A stretch of 38,721 bases of DNA from a virus. Its lineage: Duplodnaviria > Caudoviricetes. Location: IMG/VR virus record IMGVR_UViG_3300024331_000122, positions 1-38,721 of that record. One strand, 5' to 3'. Positions 25,537 through 35,195 of the stretch are shown in pieces. Every line of letters starts with the position of its first letter. Position 1 is the first letter of the stretch. The notes beneath the pieces were generated by a model. It did no database searches. It was not told the DNA's origin and was given only the letters and a program-made list of their open reading frames with translations. The position numbers and the translations under genes are program-made.

Positions 25537-26355
25537 CTATTGCACTTCTTGCCGGTTTAAGCCTGCCTTGTTCAAACCAGGATCCGTCGTCGCCATCGAT
25601 CCGATGTCGCGCGTCTTCCCGCCGGCGCCGGAATGTGGATTGAGCCAGTACGGCCCCATCGCTTCCTGCGCCATCTCTTCATACAAGTCGTGACGCTCGG
25701 CCAGCCTCTGCAGCATCCGATTGCACTTCGCCAGCCAGGCTGTCTTTCTTCCCGCTTCCGTAGCGTAGAGATCCACGGATGCGCGATACTTCAGGATCTG
25801 CCGCTCGACCATCCGCGGTGTCATCGGCGGCGCTTCGAACGGAATCAGCCGCCGCAACACCTCCGACTGACGCATCAGCCACGTGAACCGATGAAAGAAG
25901 GGAACGGGGAATCCCGGCCCAAACTCCACCGCCTCGTAATCGCCACGCACCGGAATGTTCTGGAACTGTTGAATCGTGATTGGCAATCCGTGTTCGTGCC
26001 ACTTCACCGCGCGATCACCGCGGCCCTGCGCTTCGTACCACTCCGCCGGCCGCCACGCTTCTAAGACCCAGCCGTCTTCCATCCCCTCGGGCATTTCATA
26101 CTTCAACTGCGCAATCTCGCCCGTGAAGTGGTCCACTACTTTGCCCTCGCCGTCGAGCTGCTCCACGTCCATGAAGCCGGCAATCTCAAATCGCGACTTA
26201 GCCCACACCATGCGAAAATGCGGCTCGCCCCAAAAGTTGCGGCCGCCCGCTCGCAAGCACGCGTTTTGAATGAGAGGATCCGCCAGCACCAGAAACCGCT
26301 CGGGCGATCGCGCAGCAGTCAGCACGATCTCGCCGCTCGGCAATTGCAAGTACAT
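25537..26355 (-). CDS. Hypothetical protein downstream of capsid
   Basis: 272-aa ORF with GGAGG RBS. Confidence 0.75.
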   Translation of the reverse strand: MYLQLPSGEIVLTAARSPERFLVLADPLIQNACLRAGGRNFWGEPHFRMVWAKSRFEIAGFMDVEQLDGEGKVVDHFTGEIAQLKYEMPEGMEDGWVLEAWRPAEWYEAQGRGDRAVKWHEHGLPITIQQFQNIPVRGDYEAVEFGPGFPVPFFHRFTWLMRQSEVLRRLIPFEAPPMTPRMVERQILKYRASVDLYATEAGRKTAWLAKCNRMLQRLAERHDLYEEMAQEAMGPYWLNPHSGAGGKTRDIGSMATTDPGLNKAGLNRQEVQ

Positions 26356-26364
26356 CGATCCTCC

Positions 26365-26405
26365 AAAGGAAAAGGCCCCGCGGCAAGGAGTAAACCCGCG
26401 GGGCC
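26365..26405 (-). terminator. Intrinsic terminator after the major capsid gene
   Basis: 10-bp GC stem GGCCCCGCGG/CCGCGGGGCC followed by TTTTCCTTT on the minus strand. Confidence 0.75.
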
Positions 26406-26436
26406 CCTCTTCAACTACGGCGAACCGTAGAAGCTC

Positions 26437-27732
26437 TTACGCTCCGACGTAACCGGCGATCACCGCCAGGTTCTTGACGATGCCCATCTCGGTCACATCC
26501 GTGCAGTACAGCTGGCTCTGCTCGGTGAGTGCGAACCACACCTGCGCGATCGGTGCGCCGTTGGCGCCGACAATCGGCCACATGATGTCGGACCCCTCGC
26601 CCATCGGCTGGTGGAAGCCGATCGACTTCATCTGCGCCCATCCGAACTTGCCGCGCTGCAGCCACTGCAGCTTGGTCGGATCCGCGTTCGTCTCGCACAT
26701 CGCCTTACGGCCGGCCATGCGCAGATTGTTGAACAGCAGATCCGTGTCATCTTCGGGACCGCCCTTGATGATCTCGGTGACCGCAAAGGCCAGCTGCTCG
26801 TACGCGTGCTCCTGTTGCGGCGCGATGTACGGCGTCAGCGTCTTCATCGACGCCCCCGGCTTGCGGATCTTGATCAGGTTGAGCGACTGGCGGATGAAGT
26901 CCAGCGACAACGCGGCGCCGCCGGCATCGACGGAGCGCACCTGGCAGTACGGCAAGTTGCGCGGCTGCCCCTGCAGGAATCCGGTCGCGGAATCGTTCAC
27001 GAACGTCGGCAACCCGGCGAAGCCCGCCTGGCCGCTGCCCGCCGTCACGATCTTGTCTCCGATCACCGCACCCGGAATCGCTTGCGTGAACGTGACGTTC
27101 TGGCCCGGATAATCCACGCCGGCATCCTGCACCACCGCGGCGCCCGCCTGGCGGAGAACCGCAAGGCCGGTGTCCCACACGTCGTACAGTCCGTTATCCT
27201 CGAGCAGCTGCGCGCCCCAAGGATTTCCGGCCTGTCCCGTCGCGCCGCCCTTCACGCTATACGTCGGCGCGTTCACCACCGTGTTCAGGATCGCCAGCAC
27301 CTGCGACGCGTCCACCTGCAGCCGCCGGTCCTTCGCCGCCTTCATCTCGATCATCGCTTGCGCGATCTCGTGACGGGACAAACGTTCCAGCGCCTTCTGA
27401 TCGCCCTTGCAGGCTTCGATGGCCTTGGTGGTCATTTCCCGCGCGTGCTGGAAACCCACCGTGGTCACCGTGAACTGTTTGAACAGCGTGCCGGTGCCGC
27501 GGAAGAACGATCCGCCGTTCAGGTCCACCTGGCCCGATACGCCGCCGCGGCCCGCCTTGAAGACGATGCGCATCGCGCGATCGGAGACTTTCTGGATCTC
27601 GATGCCGGCGCCACTCTTGCCCGGCTGGATCCACGTACAGAACGCATCCTCCACGCCCCACAGCGTGGGCATGTCGGGGAGCACGCGTTCCAAAAACATC
27701 GCTTGCACCTGTGCTACGTTGGCTACACCCAT
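26437..27732 (-). CDS. Major capsid protein (HK97 fold expected)
   Basis: 431 aa, directly after the scaffold, AAGGA RBS, strong codon bias, downstream terminator. Confidence 0.85.
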   Translation of the reverse strand: MGVANVAQVQAMFLERVLPDMPTLWGVEDAFCTWIQPGKSGAGIEIQKVSDRAMRIVFKAGRGGVSGQVDLNGGSFFRGTGTLFKQFTVTTVGFQHAREMTTKAIEACKGDQKALERLSRHEIAQAMIEMKAAKDRRLQVDASQVLAILNTVVNAPTYSVKGGATGQAGNPWGAQLLEDNGLYDVWDTGLAVLRQAGAAVVQDAGVDYPGQNVTFTQAIPGAVIGDKIVTAGSGQAGFAGLPTFVNDSATGFLQGQPRNLPYCQVRSVDAGGAALSLDFIRQSLNLIKIRKPGASMKTLTPYIAPQQEHAYEQLAFAVTEIIKGGPEDDTDLLFNNLRMAGRKAMCETNADPTKLQWLQRGKFGWAQMKSIGFHQPMGEGSDIMWPIVGANGAPIAQVWFALTEQSQLYCTDVTEMGIVKNLAVIAGYVGA

Positions 27733-27758
27733 CGTCGTTTCCTTCTGCCCTTAAAGGG

Positions 27759-29039
27759 CTATGAAGCAGCCAGCATTTGTTCGTTCGCGTAGTTGTAAAG
27801 AGCCTCGCCGCGATGTCCCAGCTTCGCGCCTTCGTTCAGCAACTGCGCCATCGTCTTCTTGCCTTGCAACTCGCCCGATGGTGTGCCGCCCGATGGCTCG
27901 ACCCGCTTTTGCGCATCCGCTTCTCTTTGGCGCTTGGCCTCTTCCTGCTTCATCACCTGCAGGCCAAACTCCTGAAAAACTTTCTGCGCTGCTTTCTCCA
28001 GCGTGCCGTTCGCTGATGCTCGGTTCGTATACGCCGCCACCAGCGCCGCGCGATGATCATCCGAGTAATTGCCGCGCGCGCCCTGCCACAATGCCTTCTC
28101 GCGCTCGGCAAACACTTTGTCCTTCCGGATCTCGTCGCGGACAGCCTGTAGCACCGCTTGTTCCACGCGCCCCTTCAACTCCTCGGTCGCAAATGCAAAC
28201 TTGCTCATGAGAGGGTCCAGTTTCGCCTTCATCGCCGTCCCCAGTTCGGTCCTCACACCGCCCTGGAACGTTTGAAAGGTCCGCTGTTCGAGGGCTTGCT
28301 CACGTTCTGCAAGCGCCTTCTCCCGCGGATCCTCCTGCCGCGATTCGGCACGGGTAGTCGCACGCGGCGCGGTCTGCTGCACCAGCGTTTCGAGCTGCGC
28401 CGCCAGATCTTCCTGGCCGGCCTCTCGCAACGCCGTCGCGGCCTTGCTGATCGCCGGAGCGTAGATCGTGTTGTGCAGCCCCGAGTGCGCCGCCGTTAAC
28501 ACCTGATCCCACTTGTCCGGAAATGCCTGGCCCCACAACCGCGCGAATCCAACAGGATCGTTCTGCATCTGCTCGCGCCATTCCTGCGCGTGCTGTGCCT
28601 GCTGGACTACAAATTGAGCGTCTTCCGGTGTAGTGCCCACCAAGGCCGTGAGAGCTTCGTACGCCGGTTTCAGCGTCTCCAGCTCCTTCGACTTTCCGAA
28701 GATCTCTTTCCACCGCGGATGATCACGAAACTCCGCCGGCGCTTCCGGATCCTGTCCCTCCGCAACTTTCGACGCGTCTTCCTGCGTCTGTTGCTGCTGA
28801 GTTTCAGTCCCCGCTTCGGTCCTCTTGGTTGCGTCTGCTACCGTCTCCGTCCCAGGCTGTCCGCCTTCCTGGGTAGTTCCGGACTCGTCCGCCTTGTTAA
28901 TAAAGGCGTCGTACGGAGAAACGTATGCTGCTGTCGAAGATGCCGACGTTTGGGTTGACGACTCCCGGGCCGTGTCGACCGTGCCTGCTGCTGCGCCCGT
29001 GCTTGGCGCTGGCGTTGCCGCCACTGTTTCTACTGCCAT
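27759..29039 (-). CDS. Scaffolding protein
   Basis: Acidic/T-rich disordered N-terminus, long coiled coils, between portal and capsid. Confidence 0.8.
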   Translation of the reverse strand: MAVETVAATPAPSTGAAAGTVDTARESSTQTSASSTAAYVSPYDAFINKADESGTTQEGGQPGTETVADATKRTEAGTETQQQQTQEDASKVAEGQDPEAPAEFRDHPRWKEIFGKSKELETLKPAYEALTALVGTTPEDAQFVVQQAQHAQEWREQMQNDPVGFARLWGQAFPDKWDQVLTAAHSGLHNTIYAPAISKAATALREAGQEDLAAQLETLVQQTAPRATTRAESRQEDPREKALAEREQALEQRTFQTFQGGVRTELGTAMKAKLDPLMSKFAFATEELKGRVEQAVLQAVRDEIRKDKVFAEREKALWQGARGNYSDDHRAALVAAYTNRASANGTLEKAAQKVFQEFGLQVMKQEEAKRQREADAQKRVEPSGGTPSGELQGKKTMAQLLNEGAKLGHRGEALYNYANEQMLAAS

Positions 29040-29061
29040 CTGTTGCTCTCCTTAACCACAA

Positions 29062-31539
29062 CTACAAAACTTGCTGCGCTAACTCCGGACCCGGCGCCGA
29101 TCCCGCAACGGCAGCCATCGCTGCCACGTGCGCTTGATGATCGACGGCTTTCTTGCCGGCGTGCTCCTGCACCTGCGCCTTCGCATGCGCGTCTTCCTTC
29201 GCCGCGTTCACCGCAATCTTCGGCTGGACCTTTCCTTGCTCCGCCGCCACGTCGCGCTGCACATGCGCCTGCACCGTCTGCTGCAATTGCTGCTGCTGCG
29301 CTTGTTGCTGTTGCTGCTGCAACGCGTTCTGCGCCGCGCGCCCGTAAAGGATCACGTTCTGGTAGCCCTGCTGCGTTGCGGGATTCGAGGCGGCCGCCTG
29401 GCCCTGCGGCGAGCGCGCCCACTCCTTCACCACCTGCGCCACCATCCCAAGATCGTCCAGGTATGAATCCGGCTGACGGCTCGCCGCGGGCTGCCCACCC
29501 TGCGGATCCGGCTGCGGTACTTCCTTCAGCAGCTCCTGAATCGTGATGAGCACCGCATTGCGTTCATCGCGGCCTGGCACGCTGAGGTCCGGAATCGCAA
29601 ACAACTCCGCCAGCAGCTCGAGGTTCATCGGATCGGCCATCCACTGTTGAATCGCGGGATTCGCCGTGCCCATCAGCATCTCGATCGCCTTGCGCCGCGC
29701 GTCGATCGTCGTCGGGATCGTGTCCGTTGCTTCGGCGTATGCGCTTACGCTGCCCTGTGCGGACGCCATCTTGATCGTCTTCACCTGGTAGTCCACGTCG
29801 CGTCGACCCGCCGGTACCGGAAAGCTGATCTGATCCTCGGTGCGAAAGCGCACGAACTCTTTCACGCGCAATAAATCCATCTGCGCCCAGAACCGTTTCG
29901 CCTGCTGGTAGGGAATACCCAACCGCTGCAGCGCCTGGCTGCGCGCTTGCGATTGACCGCTCGCCGTCTTGATGTTCACATCCGTCGCGCCGGCCAGCAC
30001 CGGCTCCGCACCGGTCAGCATCGGCGCCAGGCTCGTCGCCATCGACAGCGTCTTATCCACCGCGGCCGAACTTTCTTTCACTTCGATCTGCAGCACGTTG
30101 CCGGCAATGCTTTCGCCCGGATCCAGGTGGATCGGCGTGTACTGTGCCGGCCGCATCCGCTTGTTGATCGCCTCTTCGGAGATCTTGTTCGACTTGTAAA
30201 ACACCGGAGCGAACGCCGCGTACTCCTGCGCCTCCGCATGCAGGTTGATCCCCGTGTTCGCCAGATCGTTGATGTCCAGATACGACTCACACAGCGCCGG
30301 CGTGAACATTCCATCTCCCGTCGTCGCGTGACACAGATCCAGGTGCTCGTCCATGCGCTCATTCGTCGCATCGACAAACGTATCGCCGTACATCTCCACC
30401 CGCACGCCGTCCGGAAACATCTCCTGCAACCGCTGCACGATTGTCTTGCCGCCTTCGCTCTCGCGCTTGTCGAGCAACGTGTAATAGCGCTCGGGACGCA
30501 GCCACCAGCGACCGTATGTCACCATCGACTGGAAGCCTTGCCGCGCCGCGCCGCCGTCAATCTGGCCGCGCGACGGTGAATCGGCAGGCGTATTCGACAT
30601 CTCTCGAGCCCGGAATCCGTAGCCGTCGCCTTCCAGCGTTCCGTAGCCAGGCACGATCTTCTCCGCCAGCTCCGGATGCGCCGCGCGTGCCGACGATACT
30701 TCCACCTCGATCTCGATGCCCACCCAGGGGCATTCCTTGAGCGTGCAGCAGTATGCCGGCAGCCGAGTTTCCAAGATGCCGAAGAGGTCCAGTTTCTCGG
30801 TCCCCTTCGGCACCTTGCGCGTGCCCAACGTAACCGGCATCGACGCGGTGATGGCCGGCTTCATCGTGTCGGGAGTCAAAGGCTCGCCGCACTCAGGACA
30901 CACGCCGAAGAGATTGCTCTGCTCCGTCGAAAACGCCCCGCAGGATTTGCACTCGTAACCCGCAGGCCGCAACTCTGCGTCTTGCATCGCCACGTTCGGC
31001 TGTTCATCGAAACCGTAACGCTGCCCGTCGCGCAAGTGACGCGCGTATCCGAGCACCACGCCATCCGTGCACAACAGCCAGTTCAAGCGCACCCACGATT
31101 GCAAGTCCTCACCCGACTGCGCGCGGTAAATGAACTCGCGGATGTCCGCGGCGCAGCGGCTGGTGCTGACGTCTTGCGGATTGTTCGGATCGACGGGAAG
31201 AAAAGCGGTCGGTGGTACGCCGTTGGCAGCCAGCGCCGCAATGATCACCATCACCGTCGCTTGATACATATTCAGCACAAACTCGAACCGCGGATCCTCG
31301 TCTTCATCGCCGCCCTTCACTTGCTGTGTTACCGGCGACGTCGCCACCCACGCGTTCTGAGACTCCGAAAACCAGCCGTAATGAAGGCCCTTCCAATAGG
31401 CTCGCCCGCGCGCCGCTTTCCGGATCGCCCGCCGGTAGTCCATCATCGACTCCTGCGAGATCTGCTCCACGATCGACTTCAACGCCCGCTGGATGTCTTC
31501 CGGAACTTTGCTGCCCGCGGCCTTTTGTTCCTCGGCCAT
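29062..31539 (-). CDS. Portal protein (podovirus type) with Zn-ribbon insertion
   Basis: 825 aa; YWKGLHY...FVLNMY N-terminal pattern, KTASGQ motif, Q-rich C-terminal barrel; CKSC...CPEC insertion. Confidence 0.88.
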   Translation of the reverse strand: MAEEQKAAGSKVPEDIQRALKSIVEQISQESMMDYRRAIRKAARGRAYWKGLHYGWFSESQNAWVATSPVTQQVKGGDEDEDPRFEFVLNMYQATVMVIIAALAANGVPPTAFLPVDPNNPQDVSTSRCAADIREFIYRAQSGEDLQSWVRLNWLLCTDGVVLGYARHLRDGQRYGFDEQPNVAMQDAELRPAGYECKSCGAFSTEQSNLFGVCPECGEPLTPDTMKPAITASMPVTLGTRKVPKGTEKLDLFGILETRLPAYCCTLKECPWVGIEIEVEVSSARAAHPELAEKIVPGYGTLEGDGYGFRAREMSNTPADSPSRGQIDGGAARQGFQSMVTYGRWWLRPERYYTLLDKRESEGGKTIVQRLQEMFPDGVRVEMYGDTFVDATNERMDEHLDLCHATTGDGMFTPALCESYLDINDLANTGINLHAEAQEYAAFAPVFYKSNKISEEAINKRMRPAQYTPIHLDPGESIAGNVLQIEVKESSAAVDKTLSMATSLAPMLTGAEPVLAGATDVNIKTASGQSQARSQALQRLGIPYQQAKRFWAQMDLLRVKEFVRFRTEDQISFPVPAGRRDVDYQVKTIKMASAQGSVSAYAEATDTIPTTIDARRKAIEMLMGTANPAIQQWMADPMNLELLAELFAIPDLSVPGRDERNAVLITIQELLKEVPQPDPQGGQPAASRQPDSYLDDLGMVAQVVKEWARSPQGQAAASNPATQQGYQNVILYGRAAQNALQQQQQQAQQQQLQQTVQAHVQRDVAAEQGKVQPKIAVNAAKEDAHAKAQVQEHAGKKAVDHQAHVAAMAAVAGSAPGPELAQQVL

Positions 31540-31863
31540 CTATCCCCGCACCCGCGACTTGTCCTGGATCATCACCGCCGTCTGGTGGTCCAGCTCCTCC
31601 AGCTGCCGGCGACGCTCGTGAATGCTGAGGCGCTTGCGCTCCCGCAGGCGATTCGCCCGCAGCACTGGCGCCTCTTCGTTGAGGAAGCGATTGACGGCAC
31701 CCGTAACAGGCTCACGCTCTGTTGGCACTTCCGATGTGCCATCCGCCGCGGCCGTCAGCTCTCGCCATTCCTCACGCACTGCTGCGCGTACTTCCAGGCG
31801 GATCGCGGCGATCACGTCCCGGAAGTACGCATCGAGCCAGGTGCGCAGCAGTCGAGTGACCAC
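31540..31863 (-). CDS. Hypothetical protein
   Basis: 107-aa ORF abutting the portal start. Confidence 0.65.
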   Translation of the reverse strand: MVTRLLRTWLDAYFRDVIAAIRLEVRAAVREEWRELTAAADGTSEVPTEREPVTGAVNRFLNEEAPVLRANRLRERKRLSIHERRRQLEELDHQTAVMIQDKSRVRG

Positions 31864-31865
31864 GG

Positions 31866-32906
31866 TTAGAGAACCTCCAGCACCGGGAACACTTGATACG
31901 TCGGATTCGGCGAGCAGGATCCGTTCGGCGTATACGTCGCCTGATACTGAACCGCCACCGACGCCTTCGAGCGAAAGGTAACCACCTCGCGGCCGGACGT
32001 CCAGGGGATGTTGCCGATCGTTCCGTTCGTGGTGATCGTGTACAACGCCGAGTTGACCGTTTGCGTGCCGGCCGCGTTCGGATCCTGATACACCAGCGCC
32101 AGCTGGATCGTGTCATTGCCGGCGCACGATGCGCCCACCACCGTCTGCGTCACATACGCCGAGAAGCGATAGGTGGTGGCGACGGCCGGCGTAACCATCG
32201 TCGTCGCGGAAATGGTGGCCGTCGTCGCCGCGGATGCCGTGTTATAGACTTCCGAACTCGTTCCGTTTCCCACCACCGTCAACCCGCCCACCTTGACCGG
32301 CGTGAAGCTGGGACCGATTGCGTACTGCAGCGTCCCCGCCGAATTGAAAATGTTCAGCACGTTATCCGTGGGGGTCGCGGCCGCGAACAACGTCATCGGC
32401 GCCACCCCGGGATCCGCGCTCTGGTAAATGTGGCTGACGACGTCCGCCGTATTCAGATATCCGGTGTAGCTCCACGCTACGCTGCCGCTGCCGGTCATCG
32501 CCGTAGGATTCAAGCGCAACGCGTTGACCGCCGGGCCCACCCACTTGTATGTGCCGGCGGACGTGCAGGTCTGCGCAGCGACCGCCGCGGCTCCGGAAAA
32601 ACCCGTCTGCAATGCGAACGTACCGCCGAGGCCTCCCGCCGATTCCGGCTGAATCGTGCAGGTGGACACCGTTCCCGATGGCACCCAGCTCAAGACGTGA
32701 TAACCGATCCCCAGGCCTTGCTGGATCATCGCCCCGCCATTGGCTTGCGTGCCAGGTGTAACCGTGGTCGACGTGATCAACCCCGTCATGGTCACCGTGG
32801 GCTGATACTGCGCCAGGACTTTCGACGGCTGGTGCCACGCCACATAACCGATCAGCGCCACCGCGCTCAACAACAGCAATGAAAATGCTTTTCTCACGTT
32901 CTTCAC
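31866..32906 (-). CDS. Exported Thr/Ala-rich beta protein, virion-decoration-like
   Basis: Signal MKNVRKAFSLLLLSAVALIG...KVLA/Q; 4 Cys; GTGA-coupled to terL. Confidence 0.75.
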   Translation of the reverse strand: MKNVRKAFSLLLLSAVALIGYVAWHQPSKVLAQYQPTVTMTGLITSTTVTPGTQANGGAMIQQGLGIGYHVLSWVPSGTVSTCTIQPESAGGLGGTFALQTGFSGAAAVAAQTCTSAGTYKWVGPAVNALRLNPTAMTGSGSVAWSYTGYLNTADVVSHIYQSADPGVAPMTLFAAATPTDNVLNIFNSAGTLQYAIGPSFTPVKVGGLTVVGNGTSSEVYNTASAATTATISATTMVTPAVATTYRFSAYVTQTVVGASCAGNDTIQLALVYQDPNAAGTQTVNSALYTITTNGTIGNIPWTSGREVVTFRSKASVAVQYQATYTPNGSCSPNPTYQVFPVLEVL

Positions 32907-34402
32907 CTCCAGGTGTGTACTTTGGCTTTCGCGCGATTTAGCGCATCGAACCGGCGATGCATCATCGCCAGTGTGTTCAGGTCCACGTCCGGCTTCTCAC
33001 TCTTCACTTCCGCCACTTTCGCTTCCCACTCCCGCTCCGCCGGCATCTCGCCCGGCGCCAGATACGACTTCAGCCCGTAACGTGCGCAGTCCCCCGGATC
33101 GTCCCCGTCGCGCTTCGCCACGTCTTCCACTTTCTTTTCGTCGCGCGTCAACGTCGGCAAACACTCGATCAGTTTCGGACACGCGCTCGAGATCCACCAG
33201 GTCTGCCGTTCGAGCATCGTGTACATCAGCCGCCAGCCGCCGATGCGCTCGTCATCCGCCTTGATCGGTAAGGGCAGGGAAGTGCCGATGCGATCCTCCG
33301 GATCCTTCAAGCGATCGGCCTTCACCGCGGCCGCGATCACCTCGCCCATCTCCTGCGCGATCGTCTTTTGCGATGCCCGCTTCTTCGACGGCCCGAACGC
33401 ATCCCACGAAAGAAAAAACGCGTCGATCTGCTCGCCGCCGGACCGCGCCACAATCTCCGCCGCGATCGTCGGCTCGCTCAAATGATTGGTGGAGTACTCG
33501 CGATAGGTGTACACTCGCCCATCCGGCGCCCGCGTGTGCCAGTGAATGCAGAACGGATGCTCGAATCCCCAGTCCATCGAGATCCACTTCGGCCACCACT
33601 TCTCGATGCCGATCAACTCCGCGCGGATCACATTGCGCTGCTCGCTGAACAGATCGAAGTATTGCCCCGCAAACTCGTCCCACGATCCCTCGGCGTATGC
33701 CTTGCGCATCTTCGCCGGCAGCGTGGCCAGGTTGTCCGCGTAATACGTCTTCGGCAGGTGGGGATTGTCGGACGACTTCGCCGGAATGAACGCAAACTCA
33801 TGCTCGCGGCCGGCCAGCTCCGCCGGCATCTGCAGCAGGATAAACAGCGCCTTCACCCAAGCGTGTCCGATGCCGCCCGGATTTGCGCCCGCCGCAAAGG
33901 GAAACACGAAGCCTTCCGGGAATCCCACCCAGCGCAACCGCTTGCGCAGTTCGTCAAACACCTTCTTGGGATTCTTGGTCAGCTCCTCGACGCCGATCGC
34001 CGCGAACTCCGAAGAGTCGTACTTGCCCGGATCGTCCAGGTTGCGCAGCAGGATCATGCCGCCGCCCAGGTCCGGAGACAGTTTGAAGCGCAGGCCTTCG
34101 GCCTTGGTTTCTTTCAGCGATCCCAGCCAGCGCGGGAACTCTTTATCGATTTTGGAAATCTGCCGGTCCTTCAGCGTCGGGTAATCTTCACAGAACAGAC
34201 CCACCTGCACGCCGCGCAGCCCGTAGACCCGATACGCCGCGATCAGGAAAACCACCAGCCACCAGCGCAGGATGTAGGATTTACCGCCGCCCGCGGCGCC
34301 GCCAAACAGCGTAAAGCGATGCGTCTTGACCGCCTCAAGGAACTCCCGCTGCTTCGGGCTAGGATTCACCAGCTCCGACAGCTTGAAGTTTCTCGCGCTC
34401 AT
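32903..34402 (-). CDS. terL: Terminase large subunit
   Basis: Walker A GGAAGGGKS, Walker B AIGVEE, GANPGG coupling motif, nuclease SMDWG and DDPGDCARY. Confidence 0.96.
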   Translation of the reverse strand: MSARNFKLSELVNPSPKQREFLEAVKTHRFTLFGGAAGGGKSYILRWWLVVFLIAAYRVYGLRGVQVGLFCEDYPTLKDRQISKIDKEFPRWLGSLKETKAEGLRFKLSPDLGGGMILLRNLDDPGKYDSSEFAAIGVEELTKNPKKVFDELRKRLRWVGFPEGFVFPFAAGANPGGIGHAWVKALFILLQMPAELAGREHEFAFIPAKSSDNPHLPKTYYADNLATLPAKMRKAYAEGSWDEFAGQYFDLFSEQRNVIRAELIGIEKWWPKWISMDWGFEHPFCIHWHTRAPDGRVYTYREYSTNHLSEPTIAAEIVARSGGEQIDAFFLSWDAFGPSKKRASQKTIAQEMGEVIAAAVKADRLKDPEDRIGTSLPLPIKADDERIGGWRLMYTMLERQTWWISSACPKLIECLPTLTRDEKKVEDVAKRDGDDPGDCARYGLKSYLAPGEMPAEREWEAKVAEVKSEKPDVDLNTLAMMHRRFDALNRAKAKVHTWR

Positions 34403-34413
34403 GTGTTGGTGTT

Positions 34414-34848
34414 TTACAGATCAGCGATCAAGTTCACCATGCCGCCGGCTTCCACCGGCTCCCGCGTAATCAGCCGCCGCGCCTTCAACGCCAGTTCCAG
34501 ATACGCGCGCCGCTCACTCCACGAAATGAAGTCCTTCGAATCCGAGATCGTTCCTTCGAACGTGGCGATCTTCGTCTCCATCGCGTCCAGCCCCTCGCGG
34601 ATCTTCTTCACCAGCAGCTGGTCCGGACACGCCTCCTCCATCAACTGCAGGAACGCCACCTGCACCGCGTTACTCTGCATCGGCTTGCCCGACAGCGCCG
34701 ATTGCTCGCTGTATCCGGCCTCCCGCGCCGCGTCCGTATCGTTCAACCCGCGAGCCTTCCCCTGGAGAAACTTCTTCTGTTTCGCCGTCAGTCCGGACGA
34801 CTTCCTTTTCCGCTTAGGCTTCCCTACTTTTTTACGACCAGTTCCCAC
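34414..34848 (-). CDS. terS: Terminase small subunit (start uncertain)
   Basis: LTAKQKKF...DTDAAREAGYS HTH typical of TerS; directly upstream of terL. Confidence 0.85.
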   Translation of the reverse strand: MGTGRKKVGKPKRKRKSSGLTAKQKKFLQGKARGLNDTDAAREAGYSEQSALSGKPMQSNAVQVAFLQLMEEACPDQLLVKKIREGLDAMETKIATFEGTISDSKDFISWSERRAYLELALKARRLITREPVEAGGMVNLIADL

Positions 34849-34864
34849 ATGCCCCCAACAATGC

Positions 34865-34894
34865 AAAAGGCCCCGGTATCCCGACCGGGGCCTT
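34865..34894 (-). terminator. Intrinsic terminator in front of the late operon
   Basis: 11-bp stem AAGGCCCCGGT/ACCGGGGCCTT ending in TTTT on the minus strand. Confidence 0.7.
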
Positions 34895-34897
34895 CCT

Positions 34898-34927
34898 CGA
34901 AACTTTGTTCAGTTTCGCATCCTAACA
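34898..34927 (-). promoter_or_regulatory. Candidate late promoter (extended -10) with palindrome at the start site
   Basis: TG-T-TAGGAT (34927-34919); CGAAACT-N6-AGTTTCG (34898-34917). Confidence 0.45.
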
Positions 34928-34992
34928 TGGGAAATCAGCCACTTTCCCCGCCACTGTTCACTTTTGCTCACATTCCGCGAAAACCGCGTGGT

Positions 34993-35193
34993 TCACGCCG
35001 AAACATTCCCCTTGACAAACGTTCTCACTCCGTCGAAGTCATCCAGGCTCGCCACAACCAGCAGCCGGATACCAAACCGACACACAGCACAGAACAGCTC
35101 GTACCGCTGTGGTCCATTCGTGGCGCTGATCGAGCTAATCTCCACCACCCACTCCAGCGATTCACACCGCGGACAAGCTATGTCAGCACACAT
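34993..35193 (-). CDS. Small zinc-ribbon protein
   Basis: CPRC...CAVC; ATG 35193 just after the upstream stop. Confidence 0.6.
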   Translation of the reverse strand: MCADIACPRCESLEWVVEISSISATNGPQRYELFCAVCRFGIRLLVVASLDDFDGVRTFVKGNVSA

Positions 35194-35195
35194 CA

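Noticed and set aside
29270-29330. Poly-Gln tract in the portal as a repeat element
   Set aside because: Mixed CAG/CAA codons; an ordinary Q-rich C-terminal helix of podoviral portals
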